Of a stretch of 64,000 nt of DNA, positions 8,637 to 16,131 are shown in pieces. Where the stretch lies: the NCBI GenBank assembly GCA_025457615.1, contig JALOTZ010000013.1, positions 785-64,784 of the forward strand. Reading direction: 5' to 3'. The notes below the pieces were generated by a model, which did not search any database, had not been told where the DNA came from, and was given only the letters and a program-made list of their open reading frames with translations. The DNA is from Verrucomicrobiota bacterium (GTDB taxonomy: Bacteria; Verrucomicrobiota; Verrucomicrobiia; Limisphaerales; DSYF01). Positions within the stretch are counted from its first letter, which is position 1, and each line of letters begins with the position of its first letter. The translations under genes and the position numbers were made by a program.

Positions 8637-9404
8637 TCAGGCCCTGCTGGTGCGCTTGCCCGAGGAAGCGACGTACATGCCCACGAACCGGTCTGCCAGG
8701 GCCAGACCCATGTTGCGGGCGAACGGCAGCGCGTGCCGCACGGCCTCCGACCGATGGTCCAGGCTGTATTGGATGCTGGCGGTGAGCACGGCGGAAATCA
8801 TGCGGCGATCCACCGGATTGATGCGTTTATGAATGACGTTCCCGCCGAGCGGCAAGGGCAATCCCTCGTTGGCCCGGCCCCACCAAACACCCAGGTCCTC
8901 GCACACCACCAACCCCTCGTCCCCATAGGTGAGCTGGCCTTCGTGGATGATGAGCCCCACTTCCGCACGCCCCTCTTTCACCACCTCGAAAATCCGGTCA
9001 AACGGCACCACGACAAGATCCAGTTCCGTCGCCGGCTTCCCCAGCCACAGTTGCAGGGCCAGAAAGGCGCTGGTCATGGTGCCCGGGACGGCGATCCGGC
9101 TCCGCGCGATGTCCTCCCGCGACCGCGGGTGCCGGGACACCAGCATCGGTCCGTAGCCATCGCCCATGCTGGCGCCCGAGGGCAGCAGGGCATACTGATC
9201 GCAAACGTGTGCGTAGGCATGAATGCTCACCGCCGTGATGTCCAGTTCCCCGCGCGTGGCGCGTTCGTTCAAGGTCTGGATGTCCTGCAGGATGTGTTCA
9301 AACCGAAAGCCCTGCGTCGGAATCAACTCCTTCGCCAACGCGTAGAACATGAACGCGTCATCCGGATCGGGCGAGTGGCCCAGGGTCAGAATTCCGTCCT
9401 TCAT
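8637..9404 (-). CDS. MqnA/MqnD-family menaquinone (futalosine pathway) biosynthesis protein
   Basis: MKDGILTLGHSPDPDDAFMFYALAKELIP...DITAVSIHAYAHV...RIAVPGTMTSAFLALQLWL. The track ORF (8637-10367) carries a spurious 5' extension that overlaps the SOD gene on the other strand, so I trimmed to the ATG at 9404. Confidence 0.75.
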   Translation of the reverse strand: MKDGILTLGHSPDPDDAFMFYALAKELIPTQGFRFEHILQDIQTLNERATRGELDITAVSIHAYAHVCDQYALLPSGASMGDGYGPMLVSRHPRSREDIARSRIAVPGTMTSAFLALQLWLGKPATELDLVVVPFDRIFEVVKEGRAEVGLIIHEGQLTYGDEGLVVCEDLGVWWGRANEGLPLPLGGNVIHKRINPVDRRMISAVLTASIQYSLDHRSEAVRHALPFARNMGLALADRFVGMYVASSGKRTSRA

Positions 9405-9589
9405 TTTCGCCGCAGTCTTGGCCAATCCCCACCAGGCTGTCGAACGAAAACCGGACCCCTCCGCAACCGGTTCATCGCCCCAAGGCGCGTCCCAAGTTGG
9501 AGGTCGAGGGTCCACAGGAACCCCAAGGCAGGGCTGCGATGCCCCAGACCCGCCATACCCCACAACTCCTGGTCGGCCACCCAGCTTGC

Positions 9590-9606
9590 CTGGAATGCCA
9601 TTCCAG
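9590..9606. promoter_or_regulatory. 17-bp palindrome upstream of the SOD gene (candidate operator)
   Basis: CTGGAATG-C-CATTCCAG, with perfect 8-bp arms, 54 nt upstream of the SOD ATG in the divergent mqn/sod intergenic region. Confidence 0.35.
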
Positions 9607-9659
9607 CCTAAGGTCCCGCCATCCGCTGAATCCCTAACCGAAGATCCAGGCTGAACATT

Positions 9660-10373
9660 ATGACCCGACGCGAAGCCATCAAGACCACCGTGGCAGGGAC
9701 CGCCGCCTGTGCGGTCGCGCTCTCCGACCTGAACATCCTGCGCGCCGCGCCTCCACCCGGCGCCCCCTTCGAACTGCCTCCCCTGCCCTACGCCGCCGAC
9801 GCCCTGGAGCCGCACCTCGATGCGCGCACGATGGAGATCCATCATGGCAAACATCATGCCGGTTACGTGGCCAAACTGAATGACGCTCTCGCACCCATCC
9901 CCGCGCTGGCCGGCCAGGGTATCGAAGAACTGCTGCGTGACCTGGATACGCTGCCCGAGTCCGTTCGCACCGCCGTCCGCAACCATGGTGGCGGTCACTG
10001 CAATCATTCCCTGTTCTGGCAAATGATGAAAAAGGACGGGGGCGGACAACCGCGAGGCGAGCTGGCCAGAGCCATCGCACAGTCGTTTGGCGCCTTCGAC
10101 CGGTTTCAGGACAGCTTCACGAAGACGGCACTCGGCCAGTTCGGCAGCGGCTGGGCTTGGCTCACGCTCACCCCAAGCGGACTCCAAGTGGAAGCCACGC
10201 CCAATCAGGACACACCGCTCTCCGCCAACCGCGTGCCGCTGCTCGGCCTCGACGTCTGGGAACACGCCTATTACCTCAAGTACCAGAACAAGCGCGCCGA
10301 TTACATCGCCGCCTGGTGGAATGTGGTGAACTGGGATTACGTCGCCGGGCGCTACGCGGAAGCCCAAGGCTGA
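9660..10373 (+). CDS. Fe/Mn superoxide dismutase with twin-arginine signal peptide
   Basis: N-terminus MTRREAIKTTVAGTAACAVAL (Tat-like RR motif plus hydrophobic region), then PFELPPLPYAADALEPHLDARTMEIHHGKHHAGYV...LLGLDVWEHAYYLKYQNKRADY. Confidence 0.9.
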   Translation: MTRREAIKTTVAGTAACAVALSDLNILRAAPPPGAPFELPPLPYAADALEPHLDARTMEIHHGKHHAGYVAKLNDALAPIPALAGQGIEELLRDLDTLPESVRTAVRNHGGGHCNHSLFWQMMKKDGGGQPRGELARAIAQSFGAFDRFQDSFTKTALGQFGSGWAWLTLTPSGLQVEATPNQDTPLSANRVPLLGLDVWEHAYYLKYQNKRADYIAAWWNVVNWDYVAGRYAEAQG

Positions 10374-10382
10374 CTCGGCGGC

Positions 10383-11360
10383 CTACATCAGCTTCAGCTT
10401 GGGCAGGTCCTGGGAGTCCACCAGGCCCACGGGCTCGCGACTGGCGTTCACGACGATCAAGTCGTCGATGTTGCGTTCGTTGAAGATCTTGAGCGCCTCC
10501 ACGGCGAGCGCGTCCTCGCGAATGCACACCGGGTGGCGCGTCATCACCTGGCGCAGGGTGCGCCCGAGCAGATCCGCATCGTCAGCCATGGACCGCCGGA
10601 AATCGCCATCGGTGAAAACCCCCGCCAGCTTCCCCTTCCCGTCCACCACGCTCAGGCTCCCGGACCGGGCGCGGGTCATGACCAGAAGCGCATCCCGGAC
10701 GCACAAGGTTTGGGGAGCCACGGCGTTGCGCGGGCCACTGCGCATGATGTCGCCCACCCGCAACAGCATGGCCCGTCCGATGGCGCCCGAGGGATGGAAC
10801 CGGGCGAAATCACTCTGCTTGAACCCGCGCGCCTTGAGCACAGCCATGGCCAGGGCATCGCCCATGACCAAGGTCGCGGTCGTGCTGGCCGTCGGAGCGA
10901 GGTTGAAGGGGCAGGCTTCCCTCGGCACCCGCACGCTCAACACCAGGTCGCTGCGCCGCGCCAGGGTGGACTTCAACCCGCCCGTGATCGCGATGATCCT
11001 CACCGCGAACCGCTTGAGCGCCGGCACGAGGTTCAACAGTTCCTCCGACTCGCCGGAATAGCTGAGCGCCAGGATCACGTCGCCGTCATTCACGATCCCC
11101 AGATCCCCATGTAGCGCGTCCACGCTGTCCAGGACCACGCTGGTGGATCCCGTGCTGGTGAGCGTGGCGGCGATCTTGCGTCCGACCGCGCCGGATTTGC
11201 CTATGCCGACCACGACGATTTTGCCGCGCCGTTCGAGGGTCTGGACGATCAGCTCCACCGCGCGCGCAAAACGGTCGTCCAACGCCTGTTGGACCGCGCG
11301 CACGGCGGCCAGCTCGACATCAAACACACGGCGCGCTTCGATGAGGTGTCGGTCGGGCAT
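10383..11360 (-). CDS. kdsD: KpsF/GutQ-family arabinose-5-phosphate isomerase (SIS + tandem CBS)
   Basis: GKIVVVGIGKSGAVGRKIAATLTSTGSTSVVLDSVDALHGDLG...ALSYSGESEEL...APTASTTATLVMGDALA, followed by CBS pairs. Start trimmed to MPDRHLIEA (ATG at 11360). Confidence 0.85.
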   Translation of the reverse strand: MPDRHLIEARRVFDVELAAVRAVQQALDDRFARAVELIVQTLERRGKIVVVGIGKSGAVGRKIAATLTSTGSTSVVLDSVDALHGDLGIVNDGDVILALSYSGESEELLNLVPALKRFAVRIIAITGGLKSTLARRSDLVLSVRVPREACPFNLAPTASTTATLVMGDALAMAVLKARGFKQSDFARFHPSGAIGRAMLLRVGDIMRSGPRNAVAPQTLCVRDALLVMTRARSGSLSVVDGKGKLAGVFTDGDFRRSMADDADLLGRTLRQVMTRHPVCIREDALAVEALKIFNERNIDDLIVVNASREPVGLVDSQDLPKLKLM

Positions 11361-11374
11361 GGCGAGAGGCAACG

Positions 11375-12463
11375 CTATTCCGCGTTCGGATAGGAGCCCA
11401 GCACCTTGACAAAAGTGCAGTGCCTGGCCAGCCGTTTGACGGCCTGGGCGACTTTGGAATCCTCGAGGTGTCCGTCGATATCCACAAAGAAGTAGTATTC
11501 CCAAGCCTTCCGCTTGCTCGGGCGGGATTCGATCTTGGTCATGTTGATGCCATTCCGGCGGAACGCCTCGAGGGAGTCGTGCAAGGCGCCGACGCGGTCC
11601 ACGAGGCTGAACATCAGGCTGGTGCGGTCCTGGCCGCTGGACGGGGAACACTTGCGTCCCAGCACGAGGAAGCGTGTGGCGTTCGAGGAACTGTCCTGAA
11701 CGTCCTTCTCCAGCACCTTCAATCCATACTTTTCCGCCGCCAGCAGTCCGCCGATGGCCCCCGCCTTGGAATCCTTGCCGGCCAGCTCGGCCGAACGGGC
11801 GTTGGACGAGGTCTCGATGAGTTCCGCGTCGGGCAGGTTGCGTCCGATCCAGTTCCGGCACTGGGCGAGGGTCTGGGGATGGACGTAGAGCCGCTGGATG
11901 CGTTTGCGGGGAATCTTCGCCTGCAAACACTGTTGAATGGGCCGGACGATTTGCGCGACGATTTTCAGGTCGCTGTCCACAAACATGTCCAGCGTGTGGG
12001 TGACCGCCCCCTCGGTCGAGTTCTCGATCGGGACCACCCCGTAGTCCGCCCGCCCGCGGGCCACCTCGGAGAACACCTCGGCGATGGTGCGCTGGGGGGC
12101 GTAGGTCAGGCTGGAGCCGAAGCGATGAATCGCCGCCTCGTGGGTAAAGGTCGCCTCCGGCCCGAGATAGGCGATGGTCATGGATTTCTCCATGGCCAGC
12201 GCACTGGACATCACCTCACGGTAAATGGACCGCAACGAGCCGGCCGGCAACGGTCCTACATTGGCCCGCTCGAGCCGCTTGAACACCTCGGACTCCCGAT
12301 GCGGTTGATAGAACTCCTCGCCGGCGCGCCTCTTGATGGCGCCGATGCCCAGCACGTGACGCGTGCGCTCGTTGAGCAGCTTGACGATGCGCACATCCAG
12401 TTCGTCAATGGCCTGACGATGTTGGTTCAGACTGCGCTTGGAAGATGGCTTGGACGCGCTCAC
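11375..12463 (-). CDS. pheA: bifunctional chorismate mutase / prephenate dehydratase (P-protein)
   Basis: LNQHRQAIDELDVRIVKLLNERTRHVLGIGAIKR (CM domain); IAYLGPEATFTHEAA...VVPIENSTEGAV (PDT domain); SLMFSLVDRVGALHDSLEAF...NMTKIESRP (ACT domain). I propose a GTG start at 12463 that overlaps the scpB stop as GTGA. Confidence 0.85.
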   Translation of the reverse strand: MSASKPSSKRSLNQHRQAIDELDVRIVKLLNERTRHVLGIGAIKRRAGEEFYQPHRESEVFKRLERANVGPLPAGSLRSIYREVMSSALAMEKSMTIAYLGPEATFTHEAAIHRFGSSLTYAPQRTIAEVFSEVARGRADYGVVPIENSTEGAVTHTLDMFVDSDLKIVAQIVRPIQQCLQAKIPRKRIQRLYVHPQTLAQCRNWIGRNLPDAELIETSSNARSAELAGKDSKAGAIGGLLAAEKYGLKVLEKDVQDSSSNATRFLVLGRKCSPSSGQDRTSLMFSLVDRVGALHDSLEAFRRNGINMTKIESRPSKRKAWEYYFFVDIDGHLEDSKVAQAVKRLARHCTFVKVLGSYPNAE

Positions 12464-13191
12464 GGGGAATCGGGTTGCGGCAGTTCGGGTTCGGCCTTCG
12501 ACGACGGCGCCTGCGCACTGGCCGGCTCGGCGGCGGTGCTCGATACGGCCTCCGCCAGCGTCAGTTGTTCCGGAGGCGTAGTGGCCAACCCGGGTTCGGT
12601 GGTCAACAGCGCGGGCGGACGTTCCACGGGGAGGCGTCGAAGTTCCTCGCCGGCGGGCAGCTGCTCCAAGCTCGCCAGGCCAAAGTATTCCAGGAACAGG
12701 ACCGTGGTACCGTAGGTCATCGGCCGGCCCACCACCTCCGCGCGCCCCGTCTGCTCCACCAACCCGCGTTCCAACAAAGTCTGCATGACCCCATCGACAT
12801 TCACGCCGCGAACCTGCTCGATTTCCGCGCGGGTGATCGGCTGCCGATACGCAATGATCGCCAGGGTTTCCAAGGCGGGCTGGGACAGCCGGGGCGGCTT
12901 GGGTTTCTGTCCCACCAAGGCGCGAATCCAAGGTGCGTATTCCGGTCGGGCCACGAATTGCCAGGCTCCCGCCACACAGGCCAGGACGTAGCTGCGATCC
13001 GACTGCTGGTGCTCCAGCACCAGTTGCTCGAGGACACCTTCCAGCTTCGACTCCTTCACGTCCCGGCACTCGCTCGCCTCCCCGGACTCGTCCAGGTCGG
13101 CCGCCGCAGTCAACAAAGCGCGCAGTTCTTTCGCCGACAGCGGTTGCTGCGCCGAGAACAGGATGGATTCAACAATCAGTTTCAGTTCCAT
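12460..13191 (-). CDS. scpB: SMC-Scp complex subunit ScpB
   Basis: IVESILFSAQQPLSAKELRALL...ALETLAIIAYRQPITRAEIEQVRGVNVDGVMQTLLERGLV...GRPMTYGTT. Directly abuts scpA. Confidence 0.9.
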   Translation of the reverse strand: MELKLIVESILFSAQQPLSAKELRALLTAAADLDESGEASECRDVKESKLEGVLEQLVLEHQQSDRSYVLACVAGAWQFVARPEYAPWIRALVGQKPKPPRLSQPALETLAIIAYRQPITRAEIEQVRGVNVDGVMQTLLERGLVEQTGRAEVVGRPMTYGTTVLFLEYFGLASLEQLPAGEELRRLPVERPPALLTTEPGLATTPPEQLTLAEAVSSTAAEPASAQAPSSKAEPELPQPDSP

Positions 13192-14016
13192 TTAGACAGT
13201 CTTGGTTTCTGCGCGGTTCAGGTTCCAACCGGCGGACTCGGCCGGAACGGCCAGCTCGGGCGCCGGTTCAGGCGGGGGAACAGGAGGGAGGCCGGGGCCG
13301 CGCGTGATCTCGATTTCCGCGAACGACTCAGCCTGCTCGACTACAATCCGTTTCAAGCGGATGAGTTCGAGCATCGCCAGGAAGGTGACCACCACCTCCG
13401 AACGGCTGGTCACGTGATCAAACAACTCGGAAAATCTCACCCGCACCCGCTCCGCAATGAGGTTCGAGAGCACCTCGATCTTCTGGCTCACCGTCCAACG
13501 ATCGTCGAAGATGTCCCGCAGATCCTCGCGCTTCTCGAACCGCCGCAACACCTGGTTGACTGCATTGATGAGGTCGAACAGTGACACGTCCGGCTTGGGT
13601 TCGGCTGGTTCCTCCGGCAAATCCGGCGTGGCGGGCAAGCGCGGGTAGATCTGGCTCTGACGCACCTCCAGCGACTGCAACCGGGCGGCGGCGTCCTTGA
13701 ACTTCTTGTATTCCACCAACTGCCGGATCAGTTCCCAGCGCGGGTCATCGCCCTCCTCCTCGCCCTCGACCACCACCTGCTGATCCACGGGCAGGAGTTC
13801 GCGGCTTTTGATGTACATGAGCGTGGCCGCCATCACCAGGAACTCGCCGGCCACCTCCAGGTCCAGCAGGCGCATGGTTTCAATGTATTCCAGGAACCGC
13901 GTGGCCAACTGGGTGAGGTTGACCTCGTAAATGTCCACCTCCTCCTTCTTGATCAGGTAGAGGAGGAGGTCCAGGGGCCCCTCGAAGACCTCGAATTGAA
14001 CCTTATACTCAGCCAT
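13192..14016 (-). CDS. scpA: segregation and condensation protein A
   Basis: MAEYKVQFEVFEGPLDLLLYLIKKEEVDIYEVNLTQLATRFLEYI...VVTFLAMLELIR. Confidence 0.9.
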   Translation of the reverse strand: MAEYKVQFEVFEGPLDLLLYLIKKEEVDIYEVNLTQLATRFLEYIETMRLLDLEVAGEFLVMAATLMYIKSRELLPVDQQVVVEGEEEGDDPRWELIRQLVEYKKFKDAAARLQSLEVRQSQIYPRLPATPDLPEEPAEPKPDVSLFDLINAVNQVLRRFEKREDLRDIFDDRWTVSQKIEVLSNLIAERVRVRFSELFDHVTSRSEVVVTFLAMLELIRLKRIVVEQAESFAEIEITRGPGLPPVPPPEPAPELAVPAESAGWNLNRAETKTV

Positions 14017-14130
14017 CGACAGTGAAACCGTGCGTGACCACGTCGCATCCTAGGCGGAACCCGAGGGCCTTGGCAACGGCGAAGCCCACACCGGGGTGCA
14101 TCGTGACCCTGTCCGCAAGGCCAAATCGGC

Positions 14131-14231
14131 GGGAGCGCGGCGTTTACGCCGCTTCACCGTCCACCTGCCCACCGGCCAGGAGTTTCGTCTGGATGCGCTC
14201 GAACCCTGAAGCGGCCTGAAGGCCGCGCGCC
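14131..14231. repeat. ~100-bp element with inverted hairpin termini (REP/MITE-like), copy 2
   Basis: Left GCGCGGCG-TTTA-CGCCGCTTCA (14135-14156). Right TGAAGCGGCC-TGAA-GGCCGCGC (14207-14228). The spacer is 50 bp, the same architecture as 1887-1985. The stem-closing pair covaries between hairpins (A:T, G:C, C:G). Confidence 0.6.
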
Positions 14232-14272
14232 GGGACAGTGTCAAGAAGATGCGCCCCACGGAAAGCCCACCC

Positions 14273-14416
14273 CAGCAGTTCTCATTTTGGAGCGCGAGTC
14301 CGCGACCCGCAGCCGCTTCGACTGGAACCAGGCCGCTGGAAGATGGAGAACGGCCTCCCGTGGCGGGGGTGCTGCGGCTCATGGAGCCGCGCTCCGGGCC
14401 AAAATGAGAACTGCTG
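14273..14416. repeat. 144-nt long inverted repeat / hairpin element (MITE-like or structured RNA)
   Basis: CAGCAGTTCTCATTTTGG (14273-14290) is perfectly complementary to CCAAAATGAGAACTGCTG (14399-14416). Pairing extends via AGCGCG/CGCGCT across a 5-nt bulge. The interior holds another GCGGCTC-ATG-GAGCCGC hairpin (14374-14390). Confidence 0.55.
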
Positions 14417-14434
14417 AGCCGACCCACCGGATGC

Positions 14435-14462
14435 TTGACAGACGATACCAAGGGACTAGTGT
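14435..14462 (+). promoter_or_regulatory. promoter-like module P1 (duplicate of the tRNA-Asp promoter)
   Basis: TTGACA (14435-14440), 16 nt spacer, TAGTGT (14457-14462). The extended string TAGTGTTTGCGG is identical to that in P2. Confidence 0.4.
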
Positions 14463-14558
14463 TTGCGGTGTTCGGGTGACAGCACGTTTCTTCAGCGGGG
14501 TTCCCCACCCCCACCTCCTTGGCGTCTGTCGCCCGAGCGCTTTTAGTTCCCCCGACGC

Positions 14559-14587
14559 TTGACGCAGAGGGATCCGTTTCATAGTGT
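14559..14587 (+). promoter_or_regulatory. candidate promoter P2 of tRNA-Asp
   Basis: TTGACG (14559-14564), 17 nt spacer, TAGTGT (14582-14587), 15 nt upstream of the mature tRNA 5' end. Confidence 0.5.
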
Positions 14588-14602
14588 TTGCGGCCCGATT
14601 GC

Positions 14603-14679
14603 GGGGGCGTAGCTCAATTGGTTAGAGCGCTGCCCTGTCACGGCAGAGGTTGCGAGTTCGAGCCTCGTCGCTCCCGCCA
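14603..14679 (+). tRNA. tRNA-Asp (anticodon GTC), CCA encoded
   Basis: Hand-folded. Acceptor GGGGGCG/CGCTCCC (one G-U pair), D arm GCTC-AATTGGTTA-GAGC, anticodon arm CTGCC-CTGTCAC-GGCAG (GTC), T arm GCGAG-TTCGAGC-CTCGT, discriminator G, then CCA. Confidence 0.9.
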
Positions 14680-14720
14680 TTTTCCATTTCACGCGACGAA
14701 CGGACACCTGCCGATCGCCG

Positions 14721-15845
14721 TCACCCGCCGCATCGCAGCGTGAGGTGCAGGATCTCACTCCGCTGCCAGAGTCGCATGCGCGGGCCCCACGTGCCGGTGC
14801 CGCGACAGACCAGCACCGGCATGCCGCCCACCTCATACCGTCCGGCCACCAACGGATACCGGAGCTGCACCAGATGGTTGAAGGGCCAGATCTGGCCGGC
14901 GTGGGTGTGTCCAGACAACATCAGTCCCGCGCCCAAAGCCGCGGCTTTCTCCGCATCCAGGGGCGAGTGGGAAAGGAAGACGGTCGCGCCCGGGGGCCGA
15001 TGCTTCAGCGCCTTCTCCACCGCATGGTCCGGCAAACCGAATTGTTGACGCGCGGTCAGGTCGTCCACGCCCGACAGCACCAGCCCGGGCACAACCTCAA
15101 CCGACTGATCCCGCAGGACCCGCCAGCCAGCTTGCCGCAGAATTTCGAGGCTGTGCTCGATACCCTCGTAGAATTCGTGGTTCCCGGTGACCGCCCAGAC
15201 ACCCAGGGGTGCCCGGACCTCCTGCAATGCCGGGATCAAAGGCTCCAAGTGCCGCGCGCTTCCATCCACCACATCGCCCACCGCAACCACACAGTCCGGA
15301 TTCAGGGCGCTCACCTGCGCCACGCGCTCCAACATCCACCGCTCGCCCAACAACCGTCCCAGGTGAAGATCTGAGATGGCCACCAACCTGACTCCATCCC
15401 GGTCTGGGGGAAGCCCAGCCAGACTGATTTCGTGCCGGGTGACCACTGGAGCGCGAAGCCCCTGCCCCAGCGCCACCAAGGCCAGCAATCCGGCTCCCAG
15501 GACGGCCCAGCCCCGCACGAGTGGCGCCAGGCGCGGAAACAGGGCGCCGCCCAGGGTCACGACGTCCACCGCCAGCAACGCGGCGAACATGAGGAATGCA
15601 AGGCCCATCCAAACCGACGCGGCAAACTCAAGGCCGCTGGCCAGAACCCCAAGGTGGAGCGCGCCAGCCATGCGCGCCACCACATAGCTCAACCAGAGGC
15701 TGAGGCCGGTGATGACCAGGGCCTTGCGCGAAACGTGGTCGGCAATCCAAGGCACCGAGGAGAGCCTCCAGAACAGGTGGAGATGCACCAACCCCCAGAG
15801 ACTGAGGGCCACAGTGAGGAAAATGGCCAAGCGACTGCCCGACAT
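14721..15845 (-). CDS. membrane-anchored metallophosphoesterase (YkuE/calcineurin-like)
   Basis: The N-terminal ~130 aa form several TM helices. These are followed by LVAISDLHLG, VAVGDVVDG, VTGNHEFY, FLSHSP and LSGHTHAGQ, the phosphoesterase motifs. Confidence 0.85.
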   Translation of the reverse strand: MSGSRLAIFLTVALSLWGLVHLHLFWRLSSVPWIADHVSRKALVITGLSLWLSYVVARMAGALHLGVLASGLEFAASVWMGLAFLMFAALLAVDVVTLGGALFPRLAPLVRGWAVLGAGLLALVALGQGLRAPVVTRHEISLAGLPPDRDGVRLVAISDLHLGRLLGERWMLERVAQVSALNPDCVVAVGDVVDGSARHLEPLIPALQEVRAPLGVWAVTGNHEFYEGIEHSLEILRQAGWRVLRDQSVEVVPGLVLSGVDDLTARQQFGLPDHAVEKALKHRPPGATVFLSHSPLDAEKAAALGAGLMLSGHTHAGQIWPFNHLVQLRYPLVAGRYEVGGMPVLVCRGTGTWGPRMRLWQRSEILHLTLRCGG

Positions 15846-16131
15846 CAGCCCTCAATCGACAGCCAGTCGGCCCTTCTGTCCAATGAAATGTTGGCCCGCC
15901 ATGGCGGGCGGGGCGATCGGGATCCGACACCAACCAGTTGGAATCCAGCGTGCCAACGGGCTGGTCACAGCCCCCGGCGCGCGCCCCAGGACCATTGGCG
16001 CGGCAGACGGACTGGGCCGGATATCGAGTCCGCAATCCTCGCCGAAGCTGGTGAATAACTGTTAACAACTTCCTCTCGCAAATGATCCCCATTATGGATA
16101 AGCATGGGACAGCCTAAGGAAGGAATTGAAG

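Noticed and set aside
8602-8700. Possible frameshift at the 3' end of the MqnA/MqnD-family gene. After ...DRFVGMYV the annotated frame ends quickly (ASSGKRTSRA*), whereas another frame continues as RFLGQAHQQGLIPRLPELEFVR* to a stop at 8602. That vaguely resembles C-termini I recall for this family.
   Set aside because: A 22-codon open stretch is not significant at this GC content, and my recollection of the family C-terminus is not firm. It needs alignment to PF02621 homologues and read-level verification.
9405-10367. 5' extensions of track ORFs: 8637-10367, 10383-11930, 11375-13069, 32635-33684, 42309-43520, 43214-44197, 44064-45365, 51043-52236, 52761-53789, 46270-46938.
   Set aside because: The extensions overlap neighbouring well-supported genes, have non-protein-like composition, and the family-typical N-termini begin at internal start codons. 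The coordinates were trimmed accordingly.
14469-14558. A second tRNA gene, or a pseudo-tRNA, downstream of the duplicated promoter P1.
   Set aside because: I could not fold a cloverleaf. There is no acceptor pairing and no D arm, and the only T-arm-like piece (GGGG-TTCCCCA-CCCC) has an atypical loop.
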